From Verrucomicrobiota bacterium (lineage in GTDB: Bacteria; Verrucomicrobiota; Verrucomicrobiia; Opitutales; Cerasicoccaceae): a stretch of 64,000 bases of DNA. Shown here one piece after another: positions 52,806-61,930 of the stretch. Numbering within the stretch: position 1 is the stretch's first letter; each line of letters begins with the position of its first letter. The notes under the pieces are model-generated. The model was given only the letters and a program-made list of their open reading frames with translations. It did no database searches and was not told the origin of the DNA. Location of the stretch: assembly GCA_039818205.1 (NCBI GenBank), contig JBCBUK010000009.1, positions 128,001 to 192,000 on the forward strand, given 5' to 3'. A program made the translations under genes and the position numbers.

Positions 52806-53621
52806 TTAGTCAGGTAGCTTGTCGGTGCGCTTGGTCTCAGTTTCGGGCTCTGATTCTTCGACGGGTGCGGATTCCGCGCCAAAAATCAAGTCATCAAACT
52901 CTGACCGAGCAACGCTTTCTTCGGCGAGGTTAAGGAACTCAGCCTCTTCAGCGATAACGTTTGTTCCAGCCAATTCACTGGTGATTTTTGCCTGTGAGCT
53001 AACCTTTTGCACGCGGTCACGGAGAGAAGACAACTGTTCAGCTGAATCGTCCTTACCGATCCCGGCTAGCGCTTCACTGACCTCCCGTTGGTGCTTGGCC
53101 ATAGTGATCTCTGCCACGGCTTGATGCTTTTCGGCTTTGATCTTTTCAAGGTCACGTTGAAAGTTGATCAGCTGTTGCTTGTAGCCGTTAACTTGCTTCT
53201 GTCCCGATTCAATGTCGGATTCCAAATCTTGTAGATGGGACTTCTTTTCTTCGAGTGTTGAGCTGAAGTTCTTGAACGCTTCCATGGCGCGAACGTATTC
53301 CGGGCTAGCGGCGGCTTCTTCTTTGGACAAGCCTTGTGCAGCCTTCTTGGCATAAGCAACCGCGCCAACCTTCTTCTTCTCCAACTCACTAATGTCGGCG
53401 AGCAGCTTTTCGGCTTGGTTGCTCTTACGCTCTTGCTGGGCCATGAGGCCAGCGACGGCATCGCGGATGTCCCGCACTTGGCGTGTCTTTACTTCGATGA
53501 CCTCGTTGTATTCCTCGCGAACAACGTGCGTGTCCTCCGCAATGGAATCGGTTTTCTCATTGATCCGTCCGGTAAAAAGTCGGCCAATGGTTTTAAATAA
53601 ACGGCTGATTGCTTTGATCAT
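52806..53621 (-). CDS. PspA/Vipp1 (IM30) family protein
   Basis: Amphipathic N-helix (ISRLFKTIGRLFTG), long helical hairpin with AVAGLMAQ, late AKITSEL...EAEF helix and acidic tail; 271 aa. Confidence 0.75.
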   Translation of the reverse strand: MIKAISRLFKTIGRLFTGRINEKTDSIAEDTHVVREEYNEVIEVKTRQVRDIRDAVAGLMAQQERKSNQAEKLLADISELEKKKVGAVAYAKKAAQGLSKEEAAASPEYVRAMEAFKNFSSTLEEKKSHLQDLESDIESGQKQVNGYKQQLINFQRDLEKIKAEKHQAVAEITMAKHQREVSEALAGIGKDDSAEQLSSLRDRVQKVSSQAKITSELAGTNVIAEEAEFLNLAEESVARSEFDDLIFGAESAPVEESEPETETKRTDKLPD

Positions 53622-53633
53622 AGTAGAAGTTGA

Positions 53634-54389
53634 TTAATGTTTAAGATGGTAGTCTGGGTTTTCCCAGGATTCGATCTGCTTTTTGACACGCTCGGAAATC
53701 TCAAGTTGGCTTTCCAGTTCCTCACGGATGCGGGCGGTTTCCACCGATTGTTCTTTCTGTTGGTTCTTGATGAATGAAATGATCGTTTTCTCCAGGGATT
53801 GGATACTCGCTTCGGTATCGTTCAGCAGCGCGGTGCGCTGAGCCAAAATTTCTGCGCGTAGTTCGGGGATCTCGGTTTTCTCGGAGCGGTTCCAGAGACT
53901 CCACGATTGTTCGAGATTGGACACGCTTGCCTCGATTAAAACTTCGGATTGCGCCATGATTTCGGCAACTTGATAGGAGGTCGATCTTGGGCTGAGCTCG
54001 TCCTTGAGTGCTTTCTGCAACTGCAGCAATCGATCGAACATCTGCTCGGTTCGCGGATCCTGGTCGCGGGTCAACCGCTGTCGGGTTTCTTGCAGGTAGG
54101 CGGAGGCCTTGGCTTCGATTTCGGCGGTCACATTGTTGAGTAAGCGTTGCTTGACGGCATCGAGATTGCCCCAGGTAAGGCAGACCCGTGTCAGGTAGGC
54201 TCCGAGCGATAATAGGCCGAGGCCCAGCCCAGCCGCTGTAAGCCAAGGTGATGAGCGATTGATAACCCACGGTAAAAAGGTGAGGGGGACGGCAAAGAAC
54301 ATCGGTATCAAGCTGTTGGCCGGCTTGATGAACAATTCGTCCTTGAGTTGTTTGTTCAACCATTGCTTGTTGGGTAACTCATTCTTCAT
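53634..54389 (-). CDS. Two-TM membrane protein with cytoplasmic coiled coil
   Basis: Two N-terminal hydrophobic segments followed by about 180 aa of helical sequence. Confidence 0.75.
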   Translation of the reverse strand: MKNELPNKQWLNKQLKDELFIKPANSLIPMFFAVPLTFLPWVINRSSPWLTAAGLGLGLLSLGAYLTRVCLTWGNLDAVKQRLLNNVTAEIEAKASAYLQETRQRLTRDQDPRTEQMFDRLLQLQKALKDELSPRSTSYQVAEIMAQSEVLIEASVSNLEQSWSLWNRSEKTEIPELRAEILAQRTALLNDTEASIQSLEKTIISFIKNQQKEQSVETARIREELESQLEISERVKKQIESWENPDYHLKH

Positions 54390-54402
54390 GCCTTACCAGC
54401 TG

Positions 54403-55989
54403 CTAATAAGGGATTTGGCCCGCTTCAAAAAGCAAATTCAGCACGGACCAATCATTAACGTCTGATAGTTTCGCCTCGACCCGCAACCGTTCGGAGGGGA
54501 TTCCGTTGGCGATTAGGAAATCGGCGGCGGTGCGGGCCCGCTTCTCCGCAAGCTCTAGCGCGATTGCGTCCAGTTCCGCATTGTCGTTTTTCAGGGATTG
54601 TCCCCGGATGGTAATGTAATAAGAAGGCCAATCCTGGAGGCGTTGAGCAAGGTCGGTTAGCTTGCGCTCATTTTGGAGCGTGATTTTCGCTGACATGCGG
54701 GGAAAGCGAATTTGCTCAACGTGGAAATTGGCCACCGGGCGCAGACGCTGCCATTCGGGATCACTCAGGGCGCGAAGCTTATCGGTGGAATCCGCTGCCT
54801 CAGCGGGTAAGTTCAGGTCGGTGGCAATGATGTTCAGTTTCTTTCTGGGATGGAAACCATCGGCTTTCATACCCTTGAAAATTCGATCAAAGAGGATCGT
54901 GGTTGGATTTCCGTCCAACGGATCTTCCTTTAGCATCCCGACCTGAATCATGATTTTGGTGATTTTCGTGACGATGTCTTCCAGGGATTCGTTCTTTGAA
55001 GGAATGACTCCAAAGTAGCCATAGTTATCGGTGGTGTTTTTCCAGCTGATGCCGTTGACGATGTTCTCGGCGTGTTCGACACTGAGTTTGCCGGTTGGGC
55101 CAGCATCCTTTTGCACGAGGCTGACCATGCTTCCCTCGGATTGGTGAAGGTAAAGAGCCCGGCAATACATCTCGACAAAGATATTAGCGACGTCGGGGTG
55201 CTCTCGAAGAAATTCACGATTCACGACAAGGACATCCATGATGTAGCCGCGCATCTTGGAACTATCGAGCAATACGTGGACGTCGCCAAGTTCCAGAGAT
55301 TCGCTCACCTGGGGCTCCCACAGAACATAGGCCGTTGGCTCATTCGGGCTGGATCCCTTCATTCGCTCAAAGACTTCTTCAGAGCCTTGTTCCTTGATGC
55401 GCCAGTCGTCAGATAGTCGCGGAAAAATAAAACTCTCGATCGTGACCTCCGCCAGAAATTCCGAGGGAGAATCCGGTGTGTAAACGATCCGTGCTTCCGG
55501 GTTGTCCAGGTCTTGCAGGGCGGCTAATCCCTGTTTGTAGGCAACGATGGCATCGGCACCTTGAGTTTCATCGATAACTAACACGATGGTTGCGGGAAAA
55601 CTACCTAGCTTTGCACCGGCCTGGATAAAAGAGTTGATCGGAAATACGGCAAAGTCGGCCTTGTCAGACTCCAGTGCCTGCATGCGTTTCTGATAATTTG
55701 CCTGGTCATCAATGACATCCAGGCGGATTTTTTCATTTTTTAGCAGTTGGCGAAACTCGGGAGAGCGCAGGATGGAATATCCGGAAAACCCATCGGCATA
55801 CAGCGTCACGGTATGATCGTAATTGCTCGATGCGCTGGTGTCTGCGATCAGGCTTTCCTCTTCTTGCTGTTCCTTTTGCTGATTGAGCATCGGTGCGATC
55901 ACGTAGCGATAAGCCACCCCGCCGATCGCGAGCAGAACACACCACGCAATCAGCGCGGCAATAATTCCTTTTTTACTCCGTGTCCCCAT
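54403..55989 (-). CDS. Membrane-anchored NMT1-like solute-binding protein fused to degenerate OmpA-like domain
   Basis: N-terminal TM, DGFSGY, IDETQGADAIV and VLWEP; C-terminal IRF...LAEKRARTAADFLIANGIPSERL. Confidence 0.8.
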   Translation of the reverse strand: MGTRSKKGIIAALIAWCVLLAIGGVAYRYVIAPMLNQQKEQQEEESLIADTSASSNYDHTVTLYADGFSGYSILRSPEFRQLLKNEKIRLDVIDDQANYQKRMQALESDKADFAVFPINSFIQAGAKLGSFPATIVLVIDETQGADAIVAYKQGLAALQDLDNPEARIVYTPDSPSEFLAEVTIESFIFPRLSDDWRIKEQGSEEVFERMKGSSPNEPTAYVLWEPQVSESLELGDVHVLLDSSKMRGYIMDVLVVNREFLREHPDVANIFVEMYCRALYLHQSEGSMVSLVQKDAGPTGKLSVEHAENIVNGISWKNTTDNYGYFGVIPSKNESLEDIVTKITKIMIQVGMLKEDPLDGNPTTILFDRIFKGMKADGFHPRKKLNIIATDLNLPAEAADSTDKLRALSDPEWQRLRPVANFHVEQIRFPRMSAKITLQNERKLTDLAQRLQDWPSYYITIRGQSLKNDNAELDAIALELAEKRARTAADFLIANGIPSERLRVEAKLSDVNDWSVLNLLFEAGQIPY

Positions 55990-55995
55990 GGGTTA

Positions 55996-56739
55996 TTATT
56001 CACCAAGCGGTTGATTACCCGATTCCGAAAGTGCGTCGATTGTTGAAAGTGCCGCATCGTTGTTCGGGAAAAATGCCAGATAGTCGTAAGGGGATTCTCC
56101 TGCTGCATCAAGATCTGTATTGCTGGAGACCTCTGCGATAAAGGTGGTGACGGCGGCATCGAGTGATTTGACGTCTTTGGCGCCAACGTACTGATGAGCC
56201 GCGTCTTTAAGGCTGTGGTCGTTGGCCATGCCGACGCCAATCACGTTTAGTGTAATACCACGGGAGACCAGCTCCGGAGCATAGTTAAGCATCAGCTTGC
56301 CGTCGGTTGATTCGCCATCGGTGATGACTATGAGGCGATAGGTTCCGTAGTTGAACTGCTTAGCACGCTCGGCTAGCAGGCTGTCGGCGCCGGTTTTCAA
56401 GAATGTGCCGAGTGGTGTCTTGCCTCCTTGCTTGATCCGCTTCACCTGTTTGCGCACTTTGGTTTTGTCCAATGGTCCGAGCGGGTACGCCCAACCGTTA
56501 ACGTTCTTGCTAAAAACCAGGAGACCAAATTGCGTATCATCGGGCAGCTTTTTGAGTGCTTGGTAAACGGAGTTTTTCGCTGCTTGCATCTTGCTCTTGT
56601 CATCGATCATACCCGACATGGACCCGGATCCGTCGAGGATTACGACGACGTTGTCCAGATTGTTGCTCTCCTGGGCCTGAAGGGCAGCCGCGCAAAGAGC
56701 ACCCAGTATCAACTGGAAAACTATTTTAAACTTGCTCAT
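55996..56739 (-). CDS. Secreted von Willebrand factor A domain protein
   Basis: Signal peptide; intact MIDAS (DGSGS, GKTPL, ITDGE). Confidence 0.92.
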   Translation of the reverse strand: MSKFKIVFQLILGALCAAALQAQESNNLDNVVVILDGSGSMSGMIDDKSKMQAAKNSVYQALKKLPDDTQFGLLVFSKNVNGWAYPLGPLDKTKVRKQVKRIKQGGKTPLGTFLKTGADSLLAERAKQFNYGTYRLIVITDGESTDGKLMLNYAPELVSRGITLNVIGVGMANDHSLKDAAHQYVGAKDVKSLDAAVTTFIAEVSSNTDLDAAGESPYDYLAFFPNNDAALSTIDALSESGNQPLGE

Positions 56740-56757
56740 AGAGATTTCGGTTAGGCT

Positions 56758-58590
56758 TTAAAAGTCGAAGTCGGAGGAGTTTTGAGCCTCCGCGGAGACA
56801 CGAACCAAGAGGAACTCAACCCGCCGATTTTCCGCGGCTTCGGCAGCATTGGCCGGCTTCGGGTTGACGGGCTCACGGATACCGACACCAACGGCTTGGA
56901 TCTGCGTGATATCAAGCGGGATACCTTCCGCGCCAGCATACTCAGAAATGGCCGATTTAACAGATTCGGCCCGCGAGCGCGATAGGTTGAGACCGGCTTG
57001 CATAACCTGACGTGGGCTTTGGCCCCGGTAGCTCACCCGGTCAAAGGTTCCCTTTTGGATCAACTCGGTCAAATACTTGGTGTTGTTGACGTCCAGGCGA
57101 CGTCCATTGAGGAAGTAATTGTAGTTCCCCTGGCTACCCGTCTGTTTGATGATACCTTCTTCCATCCCGCCACGAACTAAGGTCAGTAGGGTTAGGGTTG
57201 GGTCGGTGTGCCCGCGGACGGCGATAACGGCGTTACCATACTGTTGGACAAGCTCCAGGACTTTGGTGAATTCAACTCCATATTGAACAGCGCTAAACTC
57301 GTTCTGGTTCGGTTCAAACGAAATGACCACGCTGTAGATAACGTTGTTCGCGAGGTCGCCGCTCAAATTCAGCGATTCAAGCTCCTCGAGCGTGGCTTCA
57401 GCGTTAAAGCGTGGCTGCTGAGCCACACTGGTTTTGCTCAGATACTTGGTGAAGGCGTCTGAATTCCAATCGAGGGGCGAGGGCACAAAGCCCTGCCGAA
57501 CCGATGCGTAGCCACGCACTTGGGCGAGATCGAGTGACTTCTTCTGGAAGGCATCGAATCCGCGATAGGGATTGCTGTTGGAAAAGAATGCGATGTTACC
57601 CGGCTGGCCAACAAATGTGCAGTCTAGTAGCAAGCCATGGGCGTCCGCTTCCAGTGAGGGAATCACGTCCTCGCCGTAGATGTCCTGGGTCAATTGCAAG
57701 AGTTCCATGTACTTCTGGTTTCCCTTGGTCTCGTACTCCTTCTGCAGGTCGATGACTTCTTCAGCTGCTTTGAGGTAGCCCGCGGCGAACTTGGTCACCC
57801 AGTCCTTGTTGGCGTTGAACCAATCACCGCGGCATGCGTAGACGTCAGCGATGGAGTAGGAGCGCTCCGCGGTCGAGGCAAGGACCCGGGCACCGCGCAC
57901 GGTTCCCTCGATGCCGTTGCCCATGCTTTGCAGGCCTCCAGTTAAGCCTAGCATATCGGGCGTAATCACAAATGCTACGTCAACGTCGTCGCGTTGGCGA
58001 AAAATCTCGGCCGGGCTGTCGGCGCTACCGGTTAGGTCCTTAGCCCAAACGACATCGATATCGTCCCAGGAAAGACCGGCATCCCGTAGTAAGTCATCCA
58101 ATAGCCCTTCGTGGGGGCCCGCCTTTTGCAATACGACCGTTGCACCTTTGAGGTCCGCGAGTGTCTTGATGTCGTTACGAGCAACCGCATGGTCTCCAGC
58201 ACTCCAGGTCATTTGCATGATGATGACTGGCTTGGTTTCGGGTGAGCTTCCAATGACTTCGGAGGCCATACCAATCATACGATAGGTACCTCGGAGAAAG
58301 GGGCTCTTGCCCTCCATATAGTCGCGAACCTGCTGGACGAAGTCATCACCCGGAACCAGGTCTATATCCAGCCCTTGCTGCGCATAGATACTGCTCTTTT
58401 GGGTTTTGAGGCCACCGTTGGCGTAGAAGGTCGCCATGTCTCCGCCCCAGACGATGAAGGGCACTTGAACTGCCTTGGTTTTGGCGACCGGCTTTACGGT
58501 GACGGGACCAACGACATCTTGGAAGGATTCAGCGTGCAACGGGAGGCTGACAAGCGATAAAACGAAAAGAATAGCGTAAAACTTTTTCAT
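56758..58590 (-). CDS. Exported NMT1-like solute-binding protein fused to OmpA C-terminal domain
   Basis: Signal peptide, TWSAGDH and IADV; FEPNQ, GHTD, LSRSRAESV, GVG and NRRVEF. Confidence 0.85.
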   Translation of the reverse strand: MKKFYAILFVLSLVSLPLHAESFQDVVGPVTVKPVAKTKAVQVPFIVWGGDMATFYANGGLKTQKSSIYAQQGLDIDLVPGDDFVQQVRDYMEGKSPFLRGTYRMIGMASEVIGSSPETKPVIIMQMTWSAGDHAVARNDIKTLADLKGATVVLQKAGPHEGLLDDLLRDAGLSWDDIDVVWAKDLTGSADSPAEIFRQRDDVDVAFVITPDMLGLTGGLQSMGNGIEGTVRGARVLASTAERSYSIADVYACRGDWFNANKDWVTKFAAGYLKAAEEVIDLQKEYETKGNQKYMELLQLTQDIYGEDVIPSLEADAHGLLLDCTFVGQPGNIAFFSNSNPYRGFDAFQKKSLDLAQVRGYASVRQGFVPSPLDWNSDAFTKYLSKTSVAQQPRFNAEATLEELESLNLSGDLANNVIYSVVISFEPNQNEFSAVQYGVEFTKVLELVQQYGNAVIAVRGHTDPTLTLLTLVRGGMEEGIIKQTGSQGNYNYFLNGRRLDVNNTKYLTELIQKGTFDRVSYRGQSPRQVMQAGLNLSRSRAESVKSAISEYAGAEGIPLDITQIQAVGVGIREPVNPKPANAAEAAENRRVEFLLVRVSAEAQNSSDFDF

Positions 58591-58861
58591 GACAGTTGGT
58601 ATTATCTAGTTCCGGTCCTTATGTGCCAGAACGCCTCCGATAATGCCAGAAGATTACGCGACTTGAATATTACAAAACCGATTCAATATTATAAAGGCTA
58701 ATGCGGATGTTGATGCAGTACTACTTGTTTAATGCTCCCAATAGAAACGGATCTACTTCTTTTTCAGGTAGTTAGGTGCATTAAAACCGAAACCATTTAA
58801 GGGAATGAAACATCGATAAGCCATTCAAGTATCCATTTGCGTAACTCTAGAAAGGTGAGTT

Positions 58862-59491
58862 TTAATCGTCAAAGTGAACGATGCCGTCGCGAATCGCTTT
58901 GATTGCCGCCTGAGTCCGATCTGCCGTTCTCAGTTTATCCAATACCCGCGACACGTGTAGCTTCACGGTGCCTTCCGATATTCCGAGATCCTCCACGATT
59001 TCTTTATTGCTGCGTCCATGGACGATCAGGTGAAGAACCTGATGTTCGCGATCGGTTAGCGATTCACGAGATTCCCGTGTTGAAAGTTTTTCGGCCATTG
59101 CGGCGGGAAAGTAAGTGCCGCCAGCGGCGATCTCGCGAATGGCGTCGAGGACTTCCTCGATATCGCCCCGTTTGTTCAAATAGCCTTGGGCTCCAGCTTG
59201 GACCGCGTTCCAAATGTCTTCTTCGCCCTCAAAGACTGAGAGCAGCACGATCTTTGCATCCGGAAACTCGGCGATGATTTTTTTGGTGCCTTCGATTCCG
59301 TTCTCGCCCGGCATTTGGTAATCCATCGTTACCACGTCGGGGGTCAACTCCCGATAGCAGTTGATGGCGCTCGAACCGTTGTCCGCTTCTCCGACGACCT
59401 CAAGGTCTTCCTCGGATCCGACTGCTTCCGCGAGGCCCATGCGGAGTATGGAGTTATCATCGACAACCATGACTCGGATTTTCTCACTCAT
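58862..59491 (-). CDS. NarL/LuxR-family response regulator
   Basis: VVDD, MD receiver and LTDREHQVL...SNKEI...TVKLHV HTH. Confidence 0.95.
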   Translation of the reverse strand: MSEKIRVMVVDDNSILRMGLAEAVGSEEDLEVVGEADNGSSAINCYRELTPDVVTMDYQMPGENGIEGTKKIIAEFPDAKIVLLSVFEGEEDIWNAVQAGAQGYLNKRGDIEEVLDAIREIAAGGTYFPAAMAEKLSTRESRESLTDREHQVLHLIVHGRSNKEIVEDLGISEGTVKLHVSRVLDKLRTADRTQAAIKAIRDGIVHFDD

Positions 59492-61590
59492 TCTGTTTCG
59501 GGTTTGTTTTGGGGGTCGTAGGGCAGTTCAACGAAAACGTTGGTGCCCTCTCCAATCGTGCTCTCAATTTTAAGGTGCGCTTGGATGCGGTTGGAACGCT
59601 CACGCATCCCTTGCAGGCCGAATCGTTCTGACTTGTCCAATTCGTTCAAATTGAATCCGCTGCCATTGTCAGAAACTCGCAAAATCGTTTTGTTCGGCTG
59701 AAAGTTTAGCTCAATGTGGACTTCCGTGGGCACGGCATGGCGGACCGCGTTAGTGACCGCTTCCGTCGCAATTCTCAATAGATGCCGTTCCTCGTATTGC
59801 TGTAGGCGTCGACGATTGCCTCGGACCGTTAGCTCAATACCCGCCTTACTTTCGATTTTTAACGGGGCAATAGATTCCTGAATGGCATCGGCCAGGTCCA
59901 TCGTTTCCAAGGGGCCACCGCGCAGATCCAGGATCGAGTTGCGGGATTCCTCACGGCAATAGCGCAACATGCCTTGAGCCTGCCGTAGGGCCTCTTTGCC
60001 TTTTTCAGGATCGGAATCGATCTTTCGATTGCAGCTGCGTAACTGCAAAGTCATACCGGCTAGTCCTTGCTCCAGCGTATCGTGTAGGTCGCGAGCAATC
60101 CGCTGGCGCTCCTGTAGAATGGACTCGCGCTCGATCTGGTCGCTAATAATGGCCGTTTGTTTGGCGACGTTCTTTCTTAGTAACACGATCCAAATGAAAA
60201 ATAGCGCGGCGATCGCCAAGACGATGGTCATTAGCCAAAGCAAACGAGCGGTTGTCCACCAGGGGGCGGATTGTAGCACAGCCACTCCATCAAGAGGTCG
60301 CAAATCCAGCCATAGAGACTCCGAGAACATTTGCCACCGAGTATCCTCATTGCGCACGAGATTGCAGATGCCGATTAATTGGAGCACGGCTCCCGCGCGC
60401 AATTCACCGTCGATAGCCATGCCCGTGGGCAGGCGGGCTTCGAAGACGCGATCACCGGCCTGGCAAAGGAGGCTCAATCCGTCGGGTTCTATCGAATCAC
60501 CGGCGGCTTCACTCGAGAATCCAGATAGCCTGAACGATTCTCCAATGTTCACTAAGGTCGCCGTTACTTCGACGAGTTCATAGTTCCAATCGGGGTCGAT
60601 TGGGTCCCGTAGGTCAATCTTGTGCGGCTTGGGTGGGGGACGTTTTTCCAGCACGCTAACTTCCCGAGCTCGAAAGGCCGGGCTAATTGGTTGAGCTTGG
60701 ATGAAACCCAGCATTTCAACGAAATCACCCGGCTCAAGGCTTAGGTTGCCAAGTGTTGTGACTTTGAGGCTAGCCCGTTTTCCTCGAAGGTATAGGCGAT
60801 CCTCGTTTGAGTAGGTGACAAGTCCGCGTGTGTTGAGCGCCTTTTGGTAGTTTGCCCCGGTTCGCATGAGATGCTCGATGGGGCGCAAATCGGTGTAATC
60901 CAACTCGGTGTCTTCGCTGTTTAGAGTAAAGTCGTCCACTGAATTGGTGACGAATACGCGGCCAGTCATCTGCCGGTGCTTGTTGAACACTGTCCCGACG
61001 ACTGCTCGAAATTCTACGCGTTGAAACAACATATCCGAGAGCTGGTCGTAGGCTCCCTTCGAATAGGGAATTTGCACCGTGATGATCGAATCATGTGCTT
61101 CCAGAATAATAGCGATATGGTCCAGGTCTTGCGCAACGCTCAAATCAATGATGCGCCCCCAGGAGTATACCCATTCGGCATCGAGTTCAGTCGACGGGCT
61201 AGTCAGCTCAAATTGGTGAAATTTTCGAGGTTTCGGGAGTGGCCCCCAATCGAGAACTTCCAGCTCATCGCAGTGGATGACGGGGACGAATCCACCCGGT
61301 GAAGAGTGTCCCTTGATCTTGATGATGGAACCTACCGTGAGTTCTTCATTCACATATTTCGTTCCGGGAAGCTCAATGTAGATCCCGAGTTCTCCGTCGA
61401 AGATGAAGCCCCCGTTCCGGCGGGGATTCAAATGGATAACCTGGGCCTCAATTTCGACCGTAATTTTTTGGGCGGCGGTTGTGGGGTCTAGATTCTTGAC
61501 GGCCTTGATCGTCGTAATGGTCGCGCCAGAACAGACCGTGAACGATAGAGCGCTCAGGAGTATGATGACCAGGGCTTTGCGAACGAGCAT
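59488..61590 (-). CDS. Sensor histidine kinase (HisKA_3) with large periplasmic region
   Basis: ERQRIARDLHDTLEQ, EAVTNAVRHA, DNGSGF and GLQGMRER; single TM after PWWT. Confidence 0.93.
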   Translation of the reverse strand: MLVRKALVIILLSALSFTVCSGATITTIKAVKNLDPTTAAQKITVEIEAQVIHLNPRRNGGFIFDGELGIYIELPGTKYVNEELTVGSIIKIKGHSSPGGFVPVIHCDELEVLDWGPLPKPRKFHQFELTSPSTELDAEWVYSWGRIIDLSVAQDLDHIAIILEAHDSIITVQIPYSKGAYDQLSDMLFQRVEFRAVVGTVFNKHRQMTGRVFVTNSVDDFTLNSEDTELDYTDLRPIEHLMRTGANYQKALNTRGLVTYSNEDRLYLRGKRASLKVTTLGNLSLEPGDFVEMLGFIQAQPISPAFRAREVSVLEKRPPPKPHKIDLRDPIDPDWNYELVEVTATLVNIGESFRLSGFSSEAAGDSIEPDGLSLLCQAGDRVFEARLPTGMAIDGELRAGAVLQLIGICNLVRNEDTRWQMFSESLWLDLRPLDGVAVLQSAPWWTTARLLWLMTIVLAIAALFFIWIVLLRKNVAKQTAIISDQIERESILQERQRIARDLHDTLEQGLAGMTLQLRSCNRKIDSDPEKGKEALRQAQGMLRYCREESRNSILDLRGGPLETMDLADAIQESIAPLKIESKAGIELTVRGNRRRLQQYEERHLLRIATEAVTNAVRHAVPTEVHIELNFQPNKTILRVSDNGSGFNLNELDKSERFGLQGMRERSNRIQAHLKIESTIGEGTNVFVELPYDPQNKPETE

Positions 61591-61930
61591 TTCTAGGTTA
61601 ATATGGATGTTTTGGTATGTTTTCCAAGACCGGAAAGAGCAACGCTTCTAGGGATTCTATGGTCATTCCTGGAGACCAAATTGCTTAGCCTTGGAAACCC
61701 GGCATATAGCTTCCAGCGATTTATCAGGTCTTCGCCTTCTCTCTGTGAGAAGATTGATGCGGTCTCTTTTGGGGCGGGCCTATACCCCCAGAATCTCTAG
61801 GAATAATATTCAATCGATGATTCTCATTGATAAAAGGTTATGGACTCTGAGGTAGGGTTTACCCTTGATTATTTACAATTCTTAAACAGTCTTAAGTGTC
61901 TTCGGCAATCTGTACAAGCAGCTTATTTTT

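Noticed and set aside
48113..56739. MoxR AAA + vWA chaperone pair
   Set aside because: The ATPase has classical-clade motifs rather than MoxR motifs, and the vWA protein has a signal peptide, placing it in a different compartment.
58610..58651. Sigma54 promoter (TGGCAC on the minus strand) for the PspA operon
   Set aside because: No TTGC -12 element at the required spacing, and no PspF-like activator.
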